Shown here piece after piece: positions 37,658-46,082 of a DNA stretch of 64,000 bases (the first letter of the stretch is position 1; each line of letters starts with the position of its first letter). This DNA comes from an uncultured Gammaproteobacteria bacterium (GTDB lineage Bacteria > Pseudomonadota > Gammaproteobacteria > Steroidobacterales > Rariloculaceae). A model generated the notes under the pieces. It did not search any database, was not told the origin of the DNA, and worked only from the letters and a program-made list of their open reading frames with translations. The stretch covers positions 199,145-263,144 of the forward strand of contig CAWDUG010000001.1 in assembly GCA_963805435.1 (NCBI GenBank), written 5' to 3'. The translations under genes were made by a program, and so were the position numbers.

Positions 37658-40054
37658 CTACTCCCTCGTTTGCGCCACGGTGCTGAGCGCTTCCGGTTCG
37701 GCGAATTTGGTTCGCATCTGGAACGGCAGACTGTCGACAACGCCTAGAACGATAGCCGACAGTCGATAGTCGTCCTTTGCGGCGTTTCGCACAATGGTGC
37801 GAACGACGGGCATGTCCGCGGGGGTCAGACCGCGGCCCAATGCATAGATCAGGAGCTTCTCGGCTACGGTGCTCGCGAAGATGTCGGGCTTGGCCGTGAG
37901 CGCGGCCCGCAGCGCCACGGGGCCGTCGACGGCCGTGCCATCCGCGAGGATGCCCGCCGCGTCGATCGGCAGGCCGTCGATCGTCCGGTCGTGCCATTGG
38001 CCGACGGCGTCGAAGTTCTCGAGCGCGAAGCCCAAGGGGTCCAAGTTCCGGTGACAGGCGGCGCACGTCGGGTTCCTGCGGTGCAGCTCGAGCTGCTCAC
38101 GCACGGTCGACGGCCGGTCCTTCGGTTTGCTGTCCTCGAGCGCGGGCACGACGGCCGGCGGTTGCGGCGGCGGGCTGTTCAAGATGTTCGCCATGACGTA
38201 CTTGCCGCGGATGATCGGCGACGTGCGCGTGGCCGCGGAGGTGAGCGACAGGATGCTGCCGTGACCGAGCAGCCCGCGCCGCTGCGGGTCCGACAACGCG
38301 ACCTTCCGGAAGCGCGACCCGTAAACGCCCGGGATGCCGTAGTGGCGCGCCAGCCGCTCGTTCACGAACGTGTAGTCCGCCGTCAGTAGCTCGAGCACGC
38401 TGCGGTTCTCGCGCAGCACGTGGCCGAACAGCTGCTCCGTCTCGCGGCGAAACGCCTTTCTCAAGTTGTCGTCGAAATCCGGGAACATCAGCAGATCGGG
38501 CACCACCCGCTGCTCGAGGTTGCGCAGCTGGAGCCACTGGCCCGTGAAGTTCTCGACGAGCGCGTCGGCGCGTGGATCGGCAAGCATCCGGCGCACTTGC
38601 GCCTCGAGCTCGCGCGGCTTCGACAAATCGCCGTCGATCCCGAGCTTGAGGAGCTCGTCGTCCGGGATGCTCGACCAGAGGAAGAACGATAGCCGCGACG
38701 CGAGCTCGACGTCGCTGACTCGGTGCGCAGAGCCGGCCGGCAGGTCCGCGGCGTCGCTCTCGGCGCGAAACAGGAACGACGGGCTCACGAGCATCCGCGA
38801 GAGGCCCGCGCGGATGCCGCTGTCGAAGTTCCCGCCTTCCTCGCGTTCGCTGGCGTAGAACGATAGCGGTGCGGCGACGTCGTCGTCGTCCACGGGACGA
38901 CGGAACGCGCGTTTGGCGAGCGCCGCGAAGATGTCGTGCGCGCACGCCGGCTCCTCGGCGGGCGACGCGGGAGCGCAGACGAAGATCCGCGCGCGCGTAG
39001 GCGTGTCGCTCACGCCACGCACGTCGTACGGTCCCGCGACATTCGCCGTCTCGAGCCGCGGCAGGCCGGCCGGGTTGTGCGCCTCCTGCGAATCGCGCAG
39101 CGATGGCTGCCAAGCGTTCTGCTCGACCGCCGGCCGCTCGACCCACGTGAACGCGACCTCGTGCGGCCCCGCCATGATCGGAATACGCGGCGAGGTCATG
39201 CGTTCGTCGATCACGACGCGCGACGCGAGGATGTCGGCCGCGCTGCCCTTGTGGTCCTCGGGCCCGCCTACGAGCGCGGTGTAGACCTGCTCGCCGTCCA
39301 CGGCGATCACGAACTCGTACGGGGTATCGTGGCCTTCGACGCCGACGTAGCCCTCCGCCACCGTGCGCAGCAGCCGGCCCGAGAACACGTAGTCGGCGTC
39401 GGCCGGAAAGTTGTGCGTAACGACCGTGCCGCCGCGCGTGCCGAGCGGCAGGCCTTCGAGATGCGCTTCCTGCGTGACGTCGACCGGGATCTTGTAGGCC
39501 GCGTTGGTCGGCACCGCGTCGGGATTGCCGACGGCCGCATCCGCGATCCGCAGCGCTGCCGTGAGATAGCGCTCGAGCAGCAGCGGCGAGGTCGTGAGCA
39601 CGGCAGCGATGTTGTCGAACCCGAAGTCCCCGCCGTCGCTCGGCAAGAGCTCGGCAACGTTCATCTCGACGCCGAGCAGGTCGCGAATGGCGTTCGCGTA
39701 CTCGGCGCGGTTCAAGCGATGCACGGGTTGCCTGCCCGCGTACGGCGCGGCTGCGGCCGCGTCGTCGAGCGTGCGCTCGAGCGCAGTGGCGAAATCGTCG
39801 CGCAACGCGTGATCGGGTTGGGGCTCGTTGCGCGGCGGCATCATGCCGAGCCGGAGCTTCTTGATCGCGGCTTCCCAGATGCGGGCATCCTTCACGATGT
39901 TCTCGGGCCGCACGTGCTCGAACGAGATATCCGCCGTGAGCTCGGCGTCGTTGTGGCAGTCGACGCAGTACTTGTCGAGCATGGCCCAACGTTCGTGGAG
40001 CACCGTCTCGGGAGCGGATGCCGACTTCAGATACATCGCGACGCCCGCAGCCAC
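37658..40054 (-). CDS. DUF1592/DUF1587/DUF1595/DUF1588/DUF1585 multidomain protein with two CxxCH motifs, copy A
   Basis: YCVDCHN (39953-39967), LRLGMMPP, HRLNRAEYANAIRDLLGV, FGFDNIA, ELASRLSFFLWSS and TCAACHRNLDPLGFALENFD. A likely N-terminal TM segment (MRKSVLH, then IAGAGAVVAVAAG) begins at the ATG at ~40099 in another frame, so an indel near ~40078 is possible. Confidence 0.8.
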   Translation of the reverse strand: MAAGVAMYLKSASAPETVLHERWAMLDKYCVDCHNDAELTADISFEHVRPENIVKDARIWEAAIKKLRLGMMPPRNEPQPDHALRDDFATALERTLDDAAAAAPYAGRQPVHRLNRAEYANAIRDLLGVEMNVAELLPSDGGDFGFDNIAAVLTTSPLLLERYLTAALRIADAAVGNPDAVPTNAAYKIPVDVTQEAHLEGLPLGTRGGTVVTHNFPADADYVFSGRLLRTVAEGYVGVEGHDTPYEFVIAVDGEQVYTALVGGPEDHKGSAADILASRVVIDERMTSPRIPIMAGPHEVAFTWVERPAVEQNAWQPSLRDSQEAHNPAGLPRLETANVAGPYDVRGVSDTPTRARIFVCAPASPAEEPACAHDIFAALAKRAFRRPVDDDDVAAPLSFYASEREEGGNFDSGIRAGLSRMLVSPSFLFRAESDAADLPAGSAHRVSDVELASRLSFFLWSSIPDDELLKLGIDGDLSKPRELEAQVRRMLADPRADALVENFTGQWLQLRNLEQRVVPDLLMFPDFDDNLRKAFRRETEQLFGHVLRENRSVLELLTADYTFVNERLARHYGIPGVYGSRFRKVALSDPQRRGLLGHGSILSLTSAATRTSPIIRGKYVMANILNSPPPQPPAVVPALEDSKPKDRPSTVREQLELHRRNPTCAACHRNLDPLGFALENFDAVGQWHDRTIDGLPIDAAGILADGTAVDGPVALRAALTAKPDIFASTVAEKLLIYALGRGLTPADMPVVRTIVRNAAKDDYRLSAIVLGVVDSLPFQMRTKFAEPEALSTVAQTRE

Positions 40055-40096
40055 CGCAACGACGGCGCCCGCGCCAGCAATGTAGCACGGACTTCC

Positions 40097-41711
40097 TCAT
40101 TGCGCCGCGCGCACGTCTGCGGACGCCTGCGTCTCGACCGTGGGCCGCTTCGCGGCGTCGCGCAGCAGCGCGACGACCTCTTCGGGCTTCGCGCCGTCCT
40201 TGTTGCGTCCAGGGCCAAATGGATTTGCGTTCGGGTCGTCGGGCTTCAGCTTCAGCGCGAGATCGAGCGCCGTGAGGCCGTCGCTGTTCTTGGCCTTGAG
40301 GTCCGCTCCGCCTTCGATCAGAGCGCCGAGCGTATCGAGGTTGCGGAGATCGACGGCCTTCATCAGCGCCGTGGCGCCGTCGGGCCCGACGGCGTTCACG
40401 TTCGCGCCGGACGCGATCAGGAGCCGTGCGGCGTCGGCCGGCTTGCGGTTCGACGGCTCGCGAAACGGCGGCGGCCCGGCGCGCGAGTAGCCCGGGCCGG
40501 CGGACAGCGGCACGCCCTTGCCGCCGTTGATCGCGACCAGCAGCGCCGTCTTGCCGACGTTCGTGTTCGCGCCGGGGCCCGCCGTTCTTGGCGTTCGTCG
40601 GCGTCCACTCGAGATTCGCGCCGTGCGCGATCAACAGCTTCAGCGCCTCGACGTCGGCGGCGACCGCGGCGCGATAAAACGGCGACGCGTTCGCGAACGT
40701 GTCGCAGCACATCGACGCCGAGTGCATCTGGCCGACGAACGGCTTGTTCGGGTCGGCGCCCTTGTCGAGCAGCAGCGCGATCAGGTCGAGCGCCGTGCGC
40801 TCGTTCGCGAAGTTGTTGCGCAGCTTCGAGCCGTCGTGCGCGTACCAGTCCGTGGTCGCGTCGCGCATCTCGACGGCGTGATAGAGCGAGCCGTCGTTCA
40901 CGTCTGCGCCGAGGTCGACGAGCTTCGCCGCGAGGTCGAAGCGATCGTTGACGATCGTGATCATCAGCGCCGTGGCGCCATCGCCGTTGCGAGCGTTCAA
41001 GTCCGCGCCGGCCGCGACGAGCCGCCGCACGATGCCTTCGTGGCCATTGCGCGCGGCCCACATCAGCGCCGTGAAGCCGCCGGAGGGGTAGTCCGCGTTC
41101 TTGCGGTCCGTCAACACGTTCACGTGGGCTTGCGCGTTCGGATTCGCGCCTGCCGCGAGCAGCGCGTCGACGACCGCCTCGTGCCCTTCGGCCGCGGCCC
41201 ACATCAGCGCCGTCTGTTGCTGGAAGGACTCTTGCGCGTTCGGGTTCGCGCCGTGGGCGAGCAGCAGGCGCACGGCTTCGAGACCACCCGACTGCGCCGC
41301 GGCCATCAGCGGCGTCTCGCCGTCGGGATGTGCGAGGTCGGCGCTCGCGCCGGCATCGAGCAGCGCCTGCACGATGCCCGCATCGCCGGTTCGGCTCGCC
41401 TGCAGCAGCGGGGTGACGCCGTACTTGTTCGCGGCGTTCGCATCGGCGCGCGCGGCCGCGAGCGCCTTCACCATCTCGATATCGGAGTTGTACGCGGCCC
41501 ATAGCAGCGCGGTGGAGCCGTCGGGGGCGGGCAGGTTCACGTCCGCCCGCGACGCGATCAGCTGTTTCACGGTCGCGAGGTCGTCGGCGCGCGCGGCCTT
41601 GGCGATCGGACTATCGGCAGCCATTGCCGGCGCGGTCGCGAGCACCGCGGCCAATAGGACGAACCCGAGTGTGGACAGGCAGTGAATGCCCGGTTGCTTC
41701 TGCGTACGCAT
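40097..41711 (-). pseudogene. secreted ankyrin-repeat protein, copy A, one frameshift
   Basis: Signal MRTQKQPGIHCLSTLGFVLLAAVLATAPAMA. Repeated G-x-TALMWAA...GH...V..LL..GA-x-N units follow. The reading frame changes in a G/C run near ~40585; the tail is ORF 40097..40513. Confidence 0.75.
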
Positions 41712-41858
41712 CTCATCCCCCCGGCGAGGCGAACACTTGTTCAATAGGCCGACTGGCAGCGCTGCCGCCGGCCCCGCTTTTTCGCTGAGAATAGCGGCAA
41801 ATCGCGGAGGGTGCCACAACCAAAATACCCGTTGCCGAGAGCGGAGTCGCCGTCGGCG

Positions 41859-44229
41859 CTATGCCTCGGCCGCCTCGAGCGCCGCCAGCACGCGCTCCTT
41901 GCGGAACGGCGCCCGCCGCAGGCGCACGCCCGTCGCGTCGTGAATCGCGTTCGCCACCGCCGCAATCACGGGCTTGTGGCTCGCCTCGCCCGCGCCGTAG
42001 TGCGGCAGGTCGGGGCGATTCGGATTCGGGTCGCCGTTGACGATCACCACGTCGATCTTCTCCGGCGCGTCGGAATGCCGCAGGCTCGGGTGCGTGGCCC
42101 AGTCCACGCTCTTGACCTTCTCGGTATCGAACTGCACTTCTTCCCACAGCGCGCGGCTCAAGCCGTGCTGCATGCCGCACTCCACGGTGCGCGTGAGACC
42201 GAGCGGGTTGATCGTGAGCCCGCAGTCGTGCGCGCACACCAGGCGCTTCGTCCAGACGCGGCCGGTCTCGCGGTTGACTTCCACCTCGGCGATCACGGCG
42301 ACGACGGTGTTGCTGCGGTAGGTGTATGCGATGCCGCGGCCCGTGAGGACGGGGCCTTTGCCGCGCGGCTTCGGCGACGGCCGCGTGTCCCAGCCGAAGG
42401 TTTCGGTGGCCGCTTTGATCACGGCGAGCGAGCGCGCTTTCCTGAACACGTCGTCCTCGGTGCTGCCGGCGATCATGTCGAGCCTGGAATTTCACGGGAT
42501 CGGTCTTGGCGGCCGCCGCGAGCTCGTCGATGAACGACTCGAACGCGAACGTCACCTGCGGACCGTTCGGGTCGCGCAGGTTGCCGGTGCGCAGCGGCGT
42601 CTCCCAGATCATCGGCAGACTCACGACCTGCGCCGTCATGCGTTGATGCGCAATCGCGTACTGCACCGACGGTTTCTCCGCGTTGCCCGGGGCGGGCTTC
42701 GCAGGCCGCTTACCCATGAGCTGAGCGATGAGCACCGTGTCCGGATCGTTGTACCAGACGTGGTTGTAGTCGAGCGAGCGCGCGTCGTACTCGAGCGCCA
42801 CGAGCTTGCCGTTGGCGTCGAGCCCGCCGCGCAGCTTGAACGTGTAGGCCGGGCCTTTCGTATCCCACGCCGTTTCCTCGTGCCGCATCCACTGCACGCG
42901 CACCGGTACCCCAAGCTCATGCGCCAGGAACGCGGCCTCGAAGCCAACGTCGTCGGCGGCCGTGCGGCCATAGACCTGCGGCCCGTCCATGTAGACCACG
43001 CGCACGCGCTCGCGCGGCAGGCCTAAGAAGGTCGCCACGCCGTTGCGCTGGCCGTACGACTTCATGTCGTTGGTGTAGATCGTGAGCTGATCGCCGGTGG
43101 GGTCGGCCAACGCGTGTGCGGGGCCGATGGCGGTGTGGCCCTGGAACGGCACCTCGTACTCGGCTTCGACGACGCGAGCGGCGCCTTTCAGCGCGGCATC
43201 CGGGTCGCCCTTGATGTCGGGCTTCTCGCTCGACGTGGGTGTTGCGCTGCGTATGTAGTCGAACAGCTTGTCGGAAGCCGGGAACGGCGCCTCGGCCGGC
43301 GGCGTCCAGTCGGCTTTCAGCTGCCGTGCCGCCTGGATGGCCTGCTCCTCGCGTTCGCACACCACGGCCACGTAGTTGCCGCGGCGCACGACGCGGACGA
43401 GGCCGGGCACGCTCGCGACCGACGACTCGTCGATGCTGCGCAGCGTGGCGCCCGCGATCGGCGGTTTCACGTTGCGCGCATGCAGCATGCCGGGCAGCTT
43501 CATGTCCACGGCCCAAGTCAACGAGCCATCGACCTTGGCGGGAATGTCGTAGCGCTGGACGGGCGTGCCGACCACGCGCAGCTCCTGCACGGGCTTGACG
43601 CTGGCCGCGCCGGTGGTGAAGTCGACGTTGCGCCCGGTGAGCGCGACGTTGAAACGCTTGCCGCCGACGAGTTCGGCGTACGTGACGGACTTCGAGGGAT
43701 CGGCTTTCACCGCGATCGTGGCGTTGCGCACGGCGAGCCCAGCGACCGGCGTCTTCAGGTGCTCGGAGCCGAGCTCGAGCAACACGCGCCGCGCTTCGGC
43801 GGCGACTCTGCGCGCCGGCCAGCCGTCGCGCTCGATGGCATCGGAGCCGCCCGAGCCGCCCTGGTCCGGCGTGGTGTCGGTGCGGCCCATGACGAGGCGG
43901 GTCTTGTCGTACGCGATGTCGAGCTCGTCGCACATCATTTGTCGGAACGCCGTGCCGGTGCCCTGGCCGCCATCGGTTTTGCCCACGAGGAAGGTGGCGG
44001 TGTTATCCGGATGGATCACGATCCAGGTGTCGAGCTTCAGAAAGTCGGGATCCGGGTACGGCCCCGCGCCGACGGCCTGGGCGAGTGCGCGGCCGCCGGG
44101 GATGGCGCCCGCGCCGAGCGTCACGACCAGGGCGCCCGAGGACGCCAGGAAACTGCGGCGCGAAAGCGCCGGGTTGACGCTACGCAGCGCATCTTCGATC
44201 GCTTTCGGAAGCTTGAGGGGAGTGCTCAT
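41859..44229 (-). pseudogene. molybdopterin-binding dehydrogenase large subunit (IorB / aldehyde oxidase family), Tat signal, one frameshift
   Basis: MSTPLKLPK...LSRRSFLASSGALVV is a Tat signal. GGQGTGTAFRQMMCDELD, QGGSGGS and FQGHTAIGPA blocks are present. The C-terminal 205 aa are in ORF 41859..42476 (GAGEASHKPVIAAVANAI), with the junction near ~42480. Confidence 0.8.
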
Positions 44230-44711
44230 TTCTTGGCCTCCGTGGCGCTCGACAGGTTGCCCCGCACGACGCGCTTGATGGCTGCCTGAATGCGGTAGTA
44301 GGTCATGCAGCGACAGAGGATGCCTTCCATACGCTCGCGGATCTCGGCGTCCGTCGGGCTCGGGTTGCGGTCGAGCATGGCCTTCGCCGTCATGATCTGG
44401 CCGTTCTGGCAGTAGCCGCACTGCGGCACCTGTTCGTCGATCCACGCTTGCTGCAGCGGATGCAGCTTGCCGTCCTTCGCGAGACCCTCGAGCGTCGTGA
44501 TTTCGCCCTTGGTCTGGCCGACGGGCGTGATGCACGAGCGCATGGCCACGCCGTCGACGAGGACGGTGCACGCGCCGCACTGCGCGAGCCCGCAGCCGAA
44601 GCGCGGGCCCTGGAGCTCAAGATCGTTGCGCAGTACATATAGAAGAGGAGTGGACGGCTCGACGTCCACTTCGTGGGTGGCGCCGTTGACGCGCAAGGAA
44701 ACGACTGGCAT
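44226..44711 (-). CDS. (2Fe-2S)-binding small subunit of the Mo-dehydrogenase (IorA-like)
   Basis: MPVVSLRVNGATHEVDVEPSTPLLYVLRNDLELQGPRFGCGLAQCGACTV and QCGYCQNGQIM...CRC are the two [2Fe-2S] cysteine clusters. Its stop overlaps the large-subunit ATG (ATGA at 44226-44229). Confidence 0.9.
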   Translation of the reverse strand: MPVVSLRVNGATHEVDVEPSTPLLYVLRNDLELQGPRFGCGLAQCGACTVLVDGVAMRSCITPVGQTKGEITTLEGLAKDGKLHPLQQAWIDEQVPQCGYCQNGQIMTAKAMLDRNPSPTDAEIRERMEGILCRCMTYYRIQAAIKRVVRGNLSSATEAKK

Positions 44712-44843
44712 GGGATACCCCCGGGGAAGCGCAGGTGGCTTAGGCGTTGACCCTAGACCAAACGACGGCGGAATGGCAATGGCGGCGCGCGGCGAGCCGC
44801 CGGCTCGCATGACCTCGGCGCTGGGACCCGCGAGCGCTGGTGC

Positions 44844-45521
44844 CTAACTCCCGACGGCATTCGCGCGCTGTCGCCGTGGCCGGGCATGCCCCCGCGTGGG
44901 GGCGGCACTGGACGGAGCGCCGAAATCTCCGGGTGGCGTGAATACGAACAGCACGCGAGCCACGCGTCGGCTCGCGTTTGCGAAGCTGTGGGGGCGGTCG
45001 TAGGAGAAGACGAAGGTGTCGCCCGCCTCAACCTTGTGCGTCTTGCCGTCTACCGTCAACGCGATCCTGCCCTCCATGACAAAGCCGAGTTGCTCGCCGG
45101 CACCGTGTTGCAGCGACGGTTCCGATCCGGCGCCGGGCATCAGCTTCACCAGCGCCGCCTCCATGCGGTGGTCGGGGCTCGCGGGCAGGAGCTTCGTGAT
45201 CTCCATGCCCGTGACCGAGAACACCGGATGGTGGCCCGCCTTGGTGACGATGGAGCCGGGATCCCGAGGCGCCTGGAGCAACGTCGTCACGTCCAGACGC
45301 AATGCCTTGCAGATGCGGAACAGCATGCCGAACGACGGCGTGGTCTTGTCGTTCTCGATCTTCGACAGAACGCTCGGTGAGCAGCCGGCGCGCGTAGCAA
45401 GGTCGTCGAGCGTGAGGTGGCGAATGCGTCTCGCCTGTTTCAAAGCGTAACCGAAAGCGTGCTCTTTGCTAGGCGCGCGCTTCGTCGCGCGCGTCGAGGC
45501 CCGCTTGGCAGCGTTGGGCAT
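44844..45521 (-). CDS. XRE-family HTH transcriptional regulator with C-terminal cupin domain
   Basis: LKQARRIRHLTLDDLATRAGCSPSVLSKIENDKTTPS is an XRE HTH. It is followed by GEQLGFVMEGRIALTVDGKTHKVEAGDTFVF, a cupin. ATG at 45519-45521. Confidence 0.8.
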   Translation of the reverse strand: MPNAAKRASTRATKRAPSKEHAFGYALKQARRIRHLTLDDLATRAGCSPSVLSKIENDKTTPSFGMLFRICKALRLDVTTLLQAPRDPGSIVTKAGHHPVFSVTGMEITKLLPASPDHRMEAALVKLMPGAGSEPSLQHGAGEQLGFVMEGRIALTVDGKTHKVEAGDTFVFSYDRPHSFANASRRVARVLFVFTPPGDFGAPSSAAPTRGHARPRRQRANAVGS

Positions 45522-45647
45522 TCTCCGTCCTCCCCTTCGTAGACGTTCGCCACGGTTGTGCCGCGCGAGTCGTTCGCCGGAGATTCTAAAGCAGTTTCGG
45601 TGTCGCGCCCGAGTGATCGGGCGCAACGCGCGACCAGGAAAGAAAAC

Positions 45648-45676
45648 TTGACTGGCAAGCAAGACTCTTATATTAG
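45648..45676 (+). promoter_or_regulatory. candidate sigma70 promoter (TTGACT, 17-nt spacer, TATTAG) in the only AT-richer stretch of the window
   Basis: TTGACT at 45648-45653 and TATTAG at 45671-45676. Located between the divergent XRE-cupin regulator and the TonB-dependent receptor, ~400 nt upstream of the receptor ATG. Confidence 0.35.
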
Positions 45677-46082
45677 TCACCCGTCGTTTGCGACTGGCCA
45701 TTCTCATTTTGACCATCTCACCGGCAACGTTGGCGCCCGACGTGACTTCTAACTGTTTTGCGGGCCAGGCGGAAACGACGATGGGTGTCGTGGTCGCGAC
45801 CCGCGGTTCTGCACGGTGACGACATGGAGCGCTCGGGCGGTGGGGGTTGATCTCCGGCCGCGCGCAAACGCGCCATCGAAAATGGAAGCGATGCTGCTCT
45901 CTCGAGGGATGGAAGGGCAGCTTCTCGATCGACGCAACGCTACCCGGGGCAACGTAATGGATGACGCGCCGTCGGCGAACCGCTGATCGGTGGCGCTGCC
46001 GTGCGGATCGATTTCGCGAGGAAAGGGCACACTAAAGAGTTGCAGGATTAACAATCTCCATGAACCCACAGGGGGGTGTCGA

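Noticed and set aside
38097-41819. 1240-aa minus-strand ORF taken as one giant protein
   Set aside because: Only the segment from 41711 to ~40585 is real coding sequence (ankyrin A). Downstream of the frameshift, the ORF reads out of frame across the ankyrin tail and the DUF1592 gene and is Arg-rich nonsense.
41713-44580. 955-aa minus-strand ORF taken as one protein
   Set aside because: The first 117 codons overlap the IorA-like gene in another frame, and the true start is the ATG at 44229. After ~42480 the frame is wrong, and the true C terminus is ORF 41859..42476.
45700-46082. Possible cobalamin or other riboswitch in the leader of the TonB-dependent receptor
   Set aside because: I could not find a B12-box-like core or any other riboswitch consensus by eye. 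The region is kept only as an unexplained long leader and needs a covariance-model scan.
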